From contig CM035350.1 in NCBI GenBank assembly GCA_020137815.1, positions 9,734,001 to 9,798,000 on the forward strand: 64,000 nucleotides of DNA, given 5' to 3'. The notes under the pieces are model-generated. The model worked only from the letters and a program-made list of their open reading frames with translations. It had not been told where the DNA came from and made no database searches. How positions within the stretch are numbered: position 1 is the stretch's first letter; each line of letters opens with the position of its first letter. This stretch comes from Hormiphora californensis. Lineage: Eukaryota > Animalia > Ctenophora. Made by a program: the position numbers and the translations under genes. Below are positions 30,436-41,937 of the stretch, piece by piece.

Positions 30436-32984
30436 CTCTCATCTGGCCGGGATCCGAAGTGGCGGGGCAACTAAAATGTGGTTTGAATGGGAGCCTCTCT
30501 CATTATCTCTAGTGCTCGGTCGTGGGTACAGTTAGTCAGGACCTGCAAGGAGAGCTGTTATTACATATCTAGGTATGTATGATTGTGTAAAAATTCCCTC
30601 TTATTCCCTCTCCTGAATTCCCCTCGACAATGTTCTTATGTTACATTTGTTCGCGGCGTGGTGAAGCAGGGTGGAACAAGACAATCAGGTTCAGTACTCA
30701 CCAGCTACACTGAGCAGTGTATCCTTAGGTATAATCTCAGTCGCCACTGCAGGACTACTCAACACCCTGATACAGCCCTGGAGTGTGTCGCTACCTCCCT
30801 GAATCAGAATGCAGAATGGTGATGCCAAGAGCCTGCCGAACTATTGTCACCGTCACTATTTGTTCGTAGTGTAGAGTTTTACTGATCGTCAAACCTAGAG
30901 GATGAACAGGGTTTAGAGAGATCTGCCACTCGGTATCAGGGGAGTGTGAGCAGGTGTTGACCTCCTAAAAGTTGGAAACACACACAACAAGAATCCCAGT
31001 CAAAAGAAAGACGATGGAAAGGCGGTAGCACAGCTGCATGCGCCATCTGCCATGCTCCATCTCCCAGGCTCAGCTGCCAGCTGCCAGCGCCAGCGCCAGC
31101 GCCAGCGCCAGCGCCAGCGCCTAGCGCCATAGGCCAGCGCCAGCGCCAGGCGCCAGCGCAGGGCAGCCAGCGCCAGCGCCAGCGCCAGCGGCCAGCGCCA
31201 GCGCCAGCGCAGCAGCGCCAGCGCCAGCGCCAGCGCCAGCGCCAGGCGCCAGCGCCAGCGCCAGCGCCAGCGCCAGCGCCAGCGCCAGCGCCAGCGCCAG
31301 CGCCAGCGCCAGCGCCAGCGCCAGCAGCGCAGCGCCAGCGCCAGCGCCAGCGCCAGCCGCCAGCGCCAGCGCCAGCGCCAGCGCCAGCGCCAGCGCGCAG
31401 CGCCAGCGCCAGCGCCAGCGCAGCGCCAGGCCAGCGCCAGCGCCACGCAGCGCCAGCGCCAGCGCCAGCGCCAGCGCCAGCCCACGCCAGCGCCAGCGCC
31501 AGCGCCAGCGCCAGCGCCAGCGCCAGCGCCAGCGCCAGCGCCAGCGCCAGCGCCAGCGCCAGCGCCAGCGCAAGCGCACAGCCAGCGAAAGCCAAGGCCA
31601 GCGCCAGCGCCAGCGCCAGCGCATAGCGACAAGCGCCAGCGCCAGCGAACCAGACGCCAGCGCCAGCGCCAGCGCAAGCGCCAGCAGCCAGCGCAGACGC
31701 AGCGAAAGCACAGAGACAGCGCCAGAGAAAGCGCCACATCTCCAATCCATCTCCATCTCATCTCATCCACCCATCTGCCAGTCTCATCCGATCAGCATCT
31801 CCATCTCCATCTCCATCCATCTCCATCTCCATCTCCATCTCCATCCCATCCATGCTCCATCTCCATCTCCAATCCCATCTCCATCCCCTCTCATCTCCAT
31901 CTCCATCTCCATAGTCCATCTCCATCTCCATCTCCATCTCTATCTCTATCTCTATCTCCATCTCTATCTCCATCTCTATCTCTATCTCTAACAATTCTCC
32001 CTCCCTACTCACGGCGGAGTAACTTTTCAGCTACTATAGTGTAACTTAGCCTACAGTGCAACAAGGTCGAACAAGGCAAGGCAGGGGGTGTGATTTGATC
32101 GATACTGGAACTGGTAAGAGATTATAGCAAGTAGCAACGTGTGATCTGAAACTTACTCATGAGTGGTAAGTGCACTGCTATCTCCATCCCCGATATTAAA
32201 GAGCATCTCCAGCTCTGCATCGGATGGGGGCACTGGACAAGATTGGCATTCATTACAGTTAGTCGGACCCTATTCTTGCATTGTCGTAGTAGGCTGCCTG
32301 TTCGAATGATAGGCCACTAACGGGGACATCGTTTATTGCAGGGACAACGTCACCCGACCGGAGACGGCCATCTTGGTATATTAGACCTGGGGGAAGAGGT
32401 GAGGTCAGTCAAGACTAGATCTGGTGAAGAGAGGATCAGGACCTGGTGATGGATATGTAATCAATAAACCTGGGTTTATATTTAGCGGGCCACCCGCTAG
32501 GGTGATTCGCTGCACCATATACTGCCCGACCTGCGAAGCAGGGAGGGTGGTATATGGTATAAAACCCTACCAAAGGGAGGGGTTTATACTTTATATAAGC
32601 AAGGATTTATTGATTATAAGTTTTAGCGGCAAAAACATCGTTGCTTTAATAGCGGGCGGGGTATATCAGACAAATTTTCACCCGCTGACATTCATATAGG
32701 GAAATGGAAGTGAATTTGATACTTTGTTCAAGTGCTCACACTTGCACTCTATGTTCCAAAATCCCCATCTAAACTATATACAGCGTGCACTAACCTGTTG
32801 ACACGATATTCTTGACAGCAAGATGTTCCTGTTCATTTAGACAGAGCGTCATACCAAGCCTGGAATTATTTTCTCTCACAAACTCTACCACAAAGGGCCG
32901 ATCCAAATATCTGTCCATCATATTGTACAGAGATGGTCGTGGTGTCGGGTAGATACACAGTGGTTTTACTAAACGATCTTCAAC
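30436..32984 (-). CDS. Multi-PDZ protein exons with apparent frameshifts (pseudogene or consensus errors)
   Basis: PDZ1: FVVEFVRENNSRLGMTL..LAVKNIVSTG|LIYQDGRLRSGDVV.AINDVPVSGLSFEQAA / LLRQCKNRVRLTV. PDZ2: VTVTIVRQALGITI..SSPA..PKDTLLSVAG|LTNCTHDRALEIMREA. GT-AG boundaries present. Confidence 0.7.
31080..31990. repeat. Adjacent hexamer microsatellites (GCCAGC)n then (ATCTCC)n in a PDZ-gene intron
   Basis: Directly visible in the sequence. Confidence 0.95.
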
Positions 32985-33046
32985 CTAGAGGATGATAGGA
33001 AGAGTTAATATTGTGCCTAGCTGTTAATAACTTTTTCATAGACATA

Positions 33047-33120
33047 CAGTCGGACCCCGATTTAGTGGCATCCTTCAATCTTCAATCTAAATCGGGGGCC
33101 ACTAAATCGGGGTCCGACTG
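33047..33120. mobile_element. Tc1/mariner-type MITE; related partial copy near 45772-45922
   Basis: TA|CAGTCGGACCCCGATTTAGTGG ... CCACTAAATCGGGGTCCGACTG|TA. Confidence 0.8.
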
Positions 33121-34696
33121 TATTGTCAATCTCCCTCTTGTGACTTGACTAGATGATAGACTTGACTAGATGATAGAATATGTAGGTCATAGGTGCCCAG
33201 TGGAAAACCCCAACGGGGCACCTACCTATTCTATAATCTAGTGTGTGACCAGGTTACATAGTACCAATGGTACCGTACCATTCGATCTAGTCTCTCTGTA
33301 GGGCCGTATCTTCACAGTTAGGATTATTATTATTATTATTATTAAATCTTGTATACAAAATACATAACGCTTCTTTCTTGTAAGCTATACGGAATTAACT
33401 ACTGAAAAGATTCACTGCTGATTAGATTCTATGCTCTTGATTTCTCTAAACTTAGTGATAAGTATATATCTATATATATGTATTATATTATATTAGTGCT
33501 GTAGTAATATAATAGTTGTAACAGATAATGATTAATACAGTTAATAAATTAAGTAATGTAATAAGTTAATTAATTAATGTAATAAGTTAATAAGATAACA
33601 ATAGTAATAATGGATAATTAAGCTATGTAATGTAGTAGAGAAAAGCTACCGCGTGGCCCAAATTAAAGGGAGGGCACGTTGGCCCTCCCCCCACCCAGAA
33701 GTTCAATTTCAATCACTCTGACACCCCGACACAACGTCTGCATGGCCACTCATCCGAGGAATCCGAAGCTTCAGCCCTCTGGATAAAAGTTCATTTTTTT
33801 TCGACCGAATGAACATTGAATGAACACCAATATGGGACCATATTTCGGTACCAAAGTTAGGAATCTTTTCTTAACATTTTTGTAGATTCTTAGTGCTCCC
33901 TCGTGAGACACAGGGACGGCACTCGTGGATGTCCACGGACACCCAGGCCAAAAAGACGGAGAAAGAAAAGAAAAAATGGAAAAAACCAAAAAGAATGGTG
34001 CTCCAACCACAATTTACAATTACTGCAGAGTACAGAAGGGCAATTCTTTATCTTGTGTTACCTGTTTGGAGGTGAGCATCAGCAGCTGCAGCCTGCAGCC
34101 CCATCTGAATGTCTTTCTTTTATGTAGGGAAACAACGAATCAAAGGAGCTTTGTCTAAAGAGTAAAAACAGAAAACTAAAAACTGAATCGAAGAAACGAT
34201 AAATTTGAGAAATCCACGCGCAGCCCAGCTGTTTTGTCAGCACTGTATATGCTTTCGGCGTGGGAAAAATGCGCGCAGCGTGAGAATTTCCCACGCTCGT
34301 GGGAATTACCGTAAGAGCTTCCACTAGAAGTTGTCACCCCCCTTCTCGTGCGCGGAATGTTTTTGCGCGTCACATCACATGTTAACGTGTGGTGTGCGCG
34401 TCAAAATTGATAAATTTCACACGCGCGGTCATTTTGGGGTGACAACTTCAAAAAATCCGACATTAACGCGATCACTGAAATTTTCTCTTCGTTGAAATTT
34501 AAAATTTAACACTGTGCGCGCAAACCGAAATTAGCGCGCCACATTTTGCAGTGAATTTAATTTTAAACCGCCGCGGCCGCGCAGCAGGTGTTCTTGACAC
34601 GTCTGTTATTACACCAGTCATTTCTAGGTGGCATGAGGGGCCTCAGAAATTAAATCTTCATGTCATGCATATCCAGGTCACGCCCACCTTGGTCAC

Positions 34697-35509
34697 TTGG
34701 TGACATTAACACCTAGTGACGTGCTTGGTGACATTGACACCTAGTGCGTGCGAGATCGGAGCGGACACCTATGTGCGACGCAGCGACCGAGATCGAGCTC
34801 GCACATAGGTGTCCGCTCCGCCCCCTAAAAAAGGGTCGTGTCTTTCAAGCCAAATTGCACGTGATCCACTGGACCGATTTGCATCCGGTTTGTCGCAAAA
34901 GACTACAAATTGTTCCTAGTTTACTGGAAAATACCCGAGAAGTTTGTCTGTAAACAGGAAGTGGGTCAAAATTGACACTGAAGTCAAATCTATAATCTGG
35001 CTTCCGAGCCTTTTTGCACCACTCCCAGACGGTGTAGAATGAATCTGAGGGTATCAGAAGATAGGTTGAACTCTTGTGAGTACTGGAAAATACCCGGCAT
35101 TAATAGCTGATGCTAATTGCATCAACATATCTCCCAATATCTTCTAAATCGCATGGGCGTAGTGCAGAAACTCTCGGAAGCCAGATTATAGGTTTGGCTT
35201 CAGTGTCAATTTTGACCCACTTCCTGTTGACAGACAAACTTCTCGGGTATTTTCCAGTATATTAGGATCATTTGTAGTCTTTTGCGACAAACCGGATGCA
35301 AATCGGTCCAGTGGATCGCGTGCAACATCCCTTGAAAGAAACGACCCTTTTTGAGGCGGAGCAGACACCTGTGTGTGAGCTCAATCTTGGTCGCGCACGG
35401 TGTCTATGTCACCAAGTGACGTGCGTGCGAGATCGAGCTCGCACATGTGTGTGAGCTCAATCTTGATCTTGGTCGCGCACGGTGTCTAATAGACTGTCTA
35501 TGTCACCAA
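34697..35509. mobile_element. Nested Mutator-like MITEs with 9-bp TSDs; inner copy 34725-35415
   Basis: TIR TTGGTGACAT..ACACC; outer TSD cttggtcac, inner TSD gtgacgtgc; long internal inverted arms. Confidence 0.75.
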
Positions 35510-36079
35510 CTTGGTCACATTGATACCTGAGTTGTGCACTTCCTGTGCTTGTCGAATTTGTTTGTTTACCTGTTTGTCTACCTGTAAGTGTACCTGTTTA
35601 TTTGTCTCTTCGTTTGTCAGTTTATTCCTTTGTGTGGCTGTTCAGTTGTCTGTCTGTCGGTTTCTCTGTCTATATACTTATAAGTTTGTCCGTTTATATT
35701 TCTCAGTTTGTCTGTTAGTTATCCGGTTTGTTTGCAAGCTATGCATTCTTTATGTCACGTATTCACTTTGTCACTATTGTTTAACATCACTGTTTTATTG
35801 TCATTTTAGTTACATAATTGTTGGTCTCTCATATTCATCATTTTGTCTTCGTCTTATCACCCATATTATTATGATTCTCTCATGACCATTGGAATTATTT
35901 CCCCCGCTCATTGATCAGCTCATCGTTCATTATAATATTGAGTCCCACATATTCATTTGTGCACCCAATCATTTGATAAGCCCATTTGAACTTTAATCAA
36001 GACTGCATTAGCCATATTGACCCCGATCACTCATCCTTAGAGAGAGAGAGAGAGAGAGTGAGAGAGAGTGAGAGAGAGA

Positions 36080-36152
<73 letters not shown>

Positions 36153-36503
36153 CTTGGAGAACCCATCTGTAAAGACGAGGAGATTAAAATATTGAGGAAT
36201 TATATATTTGTTAAATTAAAGGTCCCGGAAATCTTGTAAGACCACGTGACCGTGATCTTTTCGATGAGCGTGAGAGACCTAGTAGAGAGGTCATATTTAT
36301 ACAAGTTTTTGAATTAATAAGGGAGAACACAACAAAAATCTGTATTCCACCCGCTCTTTGTTCTGTGCCCTAATCTTGTTCACCAAACAAAAATATCTGT
36401 GTTTTCCTCGTACCCAATGGGAGGCGACGGTTCGGTTAAGGGTAGCGTAAAGAAAGGTCCTATTGGTCGGAAGACAGGGGACACAAATGGTGACAGAAGT
36501 GGG

Positions 36504-37880
36504 ATGAGTTCTCCACCACTACTGGGATCCAGAGTGAAGCACGAGAATAGGAGGCCAAACATCGCGGCTCTTTCTGCTGGACGTAAGCCAGATGTGTTCA
36601 ACCCAGCTAGTATGGTCTTCAGTCAGTTTTTGGATTCATTTGAGACGTACCGGGACGTTGTTGGACTGGAGGGAAATGATGCCGTCAAACTGTTACTGAC
36701 CTACCTGGACGTGGATACTCAGAACAAGCTGCGGGAAAAGGACCTCCATCATTATCATGACTGGGATGAGTTTCGGAGGGATGCAGTGAGGGTGATGCAG
36801 CAGCACGAACGTCAGAGTGAGATTGAAGCACGGTTCAAACTCAAAAGTGAAATACAGCGTGAGGGAGAATCGGTCATCGACTTCGGAAACCGGATAAAAA
36901 TGCTCTCCAGAACCGCTTTTCCTGGAATTGGCCCTGGCGACACAGCTACCCGGGAAAACATGCTGAAAGATGCTCTTGCTGCGGGTGTGCGGAGACCAGA
37001 GATTGGAGTTCAGCTTATACGGTTACAGAGGGAGATGACGTTTACTGAACTTTTTGGAGAGGCATGCATCCTAGACTCTTCCTACGAGGCTCTGGATAAC
37101 ATCAGGCGAGGCGGACAGATTGTGGTTTCAGCTCTCAGAGCTCAGGTACGTGAACACCAGCCTCAATCGCAGCCCAAAACAGACCATTCTCAGCCCCGTA
37201 ACCAACCGTTATCCGTACCGCCCAATGCTAACCCCGTCCCAGGTCCGTTGCTTTCTAATTCCGCTCCCAGTGCTCAGCATTCTAACACCGTACCTAGTGC
37301 TCAATATTCTAACCACGTTCCCGATGCACAGTATTTTCAGTCTTACCTCGTTCCCGGCTCTCAGTGTTCAAATGTCATGTCTAGTGCACAACAGCCTCTT
37401 AGCGCTATGGGTCCCCGAAATTGGCCAGATGACCAGACTCAGTTCCGTTACAATCAGGCCTATAGCTATGCTCAGCCCCAAAACCAGCCCTTGCATCAGT
37501 TCCGTCATCATATGGGGTCGTCGCAGAATCAGCAGGATCAATCTTCGTGGTCTGGAGGTGGATGGAACCCAAAATCGGTGACATGTTGGTCCTGCAATGG
37601 GCAGGGTCACACTGAGGGTAATTGTTGGAAGCTTCAACGGGATCAGCAGAACGCCGGTGAGAGTCAATGGAATGATGGGAACAGAGACGGAGCTAGGTAC
37701 CAGCGTAATCAGGGTGATTGGTCTGATTTCCAGGAACGAGAGGCTAGAAGAAGGGAACATATGGATACGAACAGAAACCTCGGGTTCCAGAGCCACCAGC
37801 ATCAATGGACACCTCGTGCTGCCGCCCCTGTAAGTACTCAACATCAGTTTGGTTCGTACAGTTCCCTTCCTTTAAACTAG
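36504..37880 (+). CDS. gag: Retrotransposon Gag with CCHC zinc knuckle
   Basis: Intact ORF after the PBS; QREGESVIDF motif; CWSCNGQGHTEGNC; TTTAAAC slippery site just before the stop. Confidence 0.85.
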   Translation: MSSPPLLGSRVKHENRRPNIAALSAGRKPDVFNPASMVFSQFLDSFETYRDVVGLEGNDAVKLLLTYLDVDTQNKLREKDLHHYHDWDEFRRDAVRVMQQHERQSEIEARFKLKSEIQREGESVIDFGNRIKMLSRTAFPGIGPGDTATRENMLKDALAAGVRRPEIGVQLIRLQREMTFTELFGEACILDSSYEALDNIRRGGQIVVSALRAQVREHQPQSQPKTDHSQPRNQPLSVPPNANPVPGPLLSNSAPSAQHSNTVPSAQYSNHVPDAQYFQSYLVPGSQCSNVMSSAQQPLSAMGPRNWPDDQTQFRYNQAYSYAQPQNQPLHQFRHHMGSSQNQQDQSSWSGGGWNPKSVTCWSCNGQGHTEGNCWKLQRDQQNAGESQWNDGNRDGARYQRNQGDWSDFQEREARRREHMDTNRNLGFQSHQHQWTPRAAAPVSTQHQFGSYSSLPLN

Positions 37881-39375
37881 TTTGCCCCTCTCGAGAAGGA
37901 GGGGATGTTGAGGCAGCTCAGTCGCCAACAGTTGATAGATCACGTGCACACTCCAGCTTTTGTTCAGCTTGTATTATTGCCTGGGTAAAACTCGGTCTCA
38001 ACGTTGTATATTTGACCAAGGGTCTGGTGAATGCCGGTGCTTGTGTGAACATCATCAACACTATATTGGCAGGGAAGTTGCAGGTCAGGATTGAGAAAGC
38101 GGATGGATTGCAACTGGTAGTTGTTTCGGCAGTGTTCCAAGCAGTGTTGACTCGTTGGATTCTCGATTTGGCAGATTATGATTTTGTTCTGGAATATCGG
38201 GCAGGAAAATTGATGGAGGTTCCTGACTGTTTCTCTAGACTGCCGAAATCTTCACAGGAGTTGTATGACTGGTAGACCGAGGACCACGGGAAGGATATCG
38301 AGGTAAATAGGGTGTCTGTTGCTGTGTTGACAAACCGGATCCAGGGAAGTTGGGGAGTTTTGAAAAACAGTTTCCTGCTACGTTTAGCTCTCGTATAATT
38401 ATATTGGAAGTTCAGAAAGCGGATATGAGGGTCGACTATTCGTGGATATCGGAGGTGAAGCGAACGGACGTGAGACCTCAGACTGCATCTGACACACTTG
38501 TGAAGATCTGGATGCTCTTCCCTCACATGGCTAGCGGCGCAGAAGGGTCGGTGGGGTACACGTTTTTCCATCACCAGTCTAACTTTGATTGCTGAGTATC
38601 ATGATCCTGATTCAGTTGATCACTTGGGTCTCAACAAGACCACACACCGGCTAGCCCTGGACAATATGCAGAGGGTGATCGTGTCTTAGTCTGGAAACCA
38701 CTGTCATCCACCATCACGGATTACAGAAAGTTCAGAAACCAGTTCACTGGACCCTGGGTCATCAGTAAGGTGCTATCTGACTAAACTTACCTGGTACTCA
38801 ACGAGGAGTTGCTAACTACCAGAGTGGTTCACTTTGACGCTCTCAGGAAGCTACCTCTGAATTTACGTGAGCTGAGAGATAGGGAGGAGCTGGCGGAGTC
38901 TGATGAGGAATCTACGTGTGTAAACTGTACGGGGAGAACTGAAGAGGACGCTGGTTTTGACCTGGGACTACTGTTCGGTGATATCTATCCAATCAATAAC
39001 GGTGAGGTAGACAAACATACAGAGACCAAGACCAGACCAGATGACTGCCATGGAAATTCAGTTCTGACAGACCCTGCAGTTAGTCAACCCATTAACCCTT
39101 GCCCCGCTCTAGAAACTTCTGTTCTGTTGCCTGGATCTAGCAGTGGGGATAACTCAGTAAACAGTGATGAGGGCTTGGAGGTCACGTTGGTAGGAGAGCT
39201 GACTGATAAATCGGGTGATAATGGAGACGAAACGTTCACTATGGTTATTCCTAGCAGTGGTACAACTGATAAGTATGATGATGAGCACCTATCTGATACT
39301 GAGCCTGTGATTGATGCGGAGAACAGCCTCTATTTTCTGAGGAGGAAATACCCGTTCTATACACACTGTAAATGA
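37875..39375 (+). pseudogene. Deleted pol remnants (protease, RNase H end, integrase fragments)
   Basis: LVNAGAC (catalytic D replaced by N), RWILDLADYDFVLEYRAGK..PDCFSR, HLGLNKT, GDRVLV..FTGPW; no RT core. Confidence 0.8.
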
Positions 39376-41013
39376 GGTATTTTTATTGTAACGAAAAGGA
39401 CGTTGCTATGGAAATGATGGACAAATTAACAAGACAGTACATTTTTTATATTCTTGCACGATATTGTATGATTAAAATTATGCTCATATTACTTCTGTGA
39501 GGTGAGGTGAGTTGTTGTGTGACCGCAGTGAGGTGAGGTGATGTGAAGTGAGACAGCAGTGAGGTGAAGTGAGACAGCAGTGAGGCGAGGTGAGCATTGT
39601 TAGCAAGTGAAGCAAGTATATCGTTTTCTATTCTTTATTTAGCACGCAAGTATGTGTTATGGTACAACACACATTTTCTTATGATGTGAAATAGCATTCA
39701 GTTGAAAAGCCGTGAGTGATGACTAATCTTGAAACTGGAATGTGTCGATCCTAGACAATGATAGTGCGAGATTCGATACCATACGTCGGTGCCACTGTGT
39801 GCAACTTATCAATGTCTGAAAAGTCTGTTCGAGATACTGAAGATACTGAAGCCATGGCCATGTTGCATTGTGACTTTTTGAGTGAGGTTGTGAATGTGAT
39901 GTGGACGGAAACAGTGTTTTTTGTGTGAGACTATGATATGTTTGAGAATGTTTTGTGGTAGACGATAGAGTATTAGAGAGGCCTGTGCACTTCATGAAGT
40001 TTCATCCATTTCCCCCAGTACTAGTACTTATCCCCACCCATGTTTTTGTTTGTCTACTTGTTGTCTCTGTATCTCATACGTTTGTCCGTTTTAAGATGAC
40101 CCTGCTTGTATCACGCTCTAAATGTGTTACTGTTTGTAGGTGATGTTCGGATGTCTGTATGTCTACAGTACGCAATCAGTTTATTTATGTATGTATGTAT
40201 GTTTTATCTTGGGTTCCTTTTTCTTAGCAGTTCTTGCATGGTCTTCTGTCCCCAACTAAGCCTTGTTTCTATAGATGAGGGAAGGGATTTGGTGGGAGAG
40301 GACTTGTGTCCGTCTACTTTAGTCCCTCTGTCACCATATTCCAGACGGATTTCCTCTGAATGGAACCTGGCATAGTTGTTTTAGTTTTTTCTCTCGCAGT
40401 TACGTCTATATATTTGTCCATTGTCTAGTGTGAGCAGGAGGTGTAGTTGCCCCCTAAGAAGGGGCGATTGTGCACTTCCTGTGCTTGTCGAATTTGTTTG
40501 TTTACCTGTTTGTCTACCTGTAAGTGTACCTGTTTATTTGTCTCTTCGTTTGTCAGTTTATTCCTTTGTGTGGCTGTTCAGTTGTCTGTCTGTCGGTTTC
40601 TCTGTCTATATACTTATAAGTTTGTCCGTTTATATTTCTCAGTTTGTCTGTTAGTTATCCGGTTTGTTTGCAAGCTATGCATTCTTTATGTCACGTATTC
40701 ACTTTGTCACTATTGTTTAACATCACTGTTTTATTGTCATTTTAGTTACATAATTGTTGGTCTCTCATATTCATCATTTTGTCTTCGTCTTATCACCCAT
40801 ATTATTATGATTCTCTCATGACCATTGGAATTATTTCCCCCGCTCATTGATCAGCTCATCGTTCATTATAATATTGAGTCCCACATATTCATTTGTGCAC
40901 CCAATCATTTGATAAGCCCATTTGAACTTTAATCAAGACTGCATTAGCCATATTGACCCCGATCACTCATCCTTAGAGAGAGAGAGAGAGAGAGTGAGAG
41001 AGAGTGAGAGAGA

Positions 41014-41081
<68 letters not shown>

Positions 41082-41428
41082 CTTGGAGAACCCATCTGTA
41101 AAGACGAGGAGATTAAAATATTGAGGAATTATATATTTGTTAAATTAAAGGTCCCGGAAATCTTGTAAGACCACGTGACCGTGATCTTTTCGATGAGCGT
41201 GAGAGACCTAGTAGAGAGGTCATATTTATACAAGTTTTTGAATTAATAAGGGAGAACTCAACAAAAATCTGTATTCCACCCGCTCTTTGTTCTGTGCCCT
41301 AATCTTGTTCACCAAACAAAAATATCTGTGTTTTCCTCGTACCCAATGGGAGGCGACGGTTCGGTTAAGGGTAGCGTAAAGAAAGGTCCTATTGGTCGGA
41401 AGACAGGGGACACAGAGTGAGATCGACG

Positions 41429-41472
<44 letters not shown>

Positions 41473-41937
41473 ACACAGGTCTCGGCAGTCGGCTCCGATA
41501 TTGATTTTAGAGCAAACTTTTTCAAAGACCTGGCTGCAACTACTGAACCGATTTGCATCTCGTTTGTTGCCCCTGGCAGATAATTGTCTCTAGTTTTAGT
41601 AAAACTTTTACGGAAAATACGGAAAATACCCGCGAGTAAATCAGCATTTGAGGAATAGTGCATCAAAATTTTGTTGGAAACAGTTTTCTCACTACACATA
41701 AGCCTTGTGGTATATGAATAATTCAAAGTGCCATGATGTATCATTATATGTTCATTTAAAAGTAAAACCAAACTAAATTCACTCATCATAATCATAATCA
41801 ATGTTGCAATGCATGCAGCCCATTCTACTTCGTCGGGAAGTTCTCTCACACAGTAGAAACGTCTCTGATTTGTGGCAGCGTGGAAGCTGCAAGGGGAAGG
41901 TCGTCCTTTTTACGCTAAATCAACCCAATTAGCTATT

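Larger units (their letters stand above)
35533..41414 (+). mobile_element. Gypsy/Ty3 LTR retrotransposon, internally deleted; LTRs 35533-36485 and 40469-41414
   Basis: Near-identical ~950-bp TG..CA LTRs; 4-bp TSD gagt; PBS TGGTGACAGAAGTGGGAT (tRNA-Leu-like); PPT aagaagggg. Confidence 0.95.

Noticed and set aside
30936-32012. Silk-like GAGAGA / ALALAL ORFs
   Set aside because: They come from an intronic hexamer microsatellite open in several frames.
35511-35885. Hydrophobic Cys-rich ORF (also at 40447-40821)
   Set aside because: It is T-rich LTR sequence, duplicated only because it lies in the LTRs.
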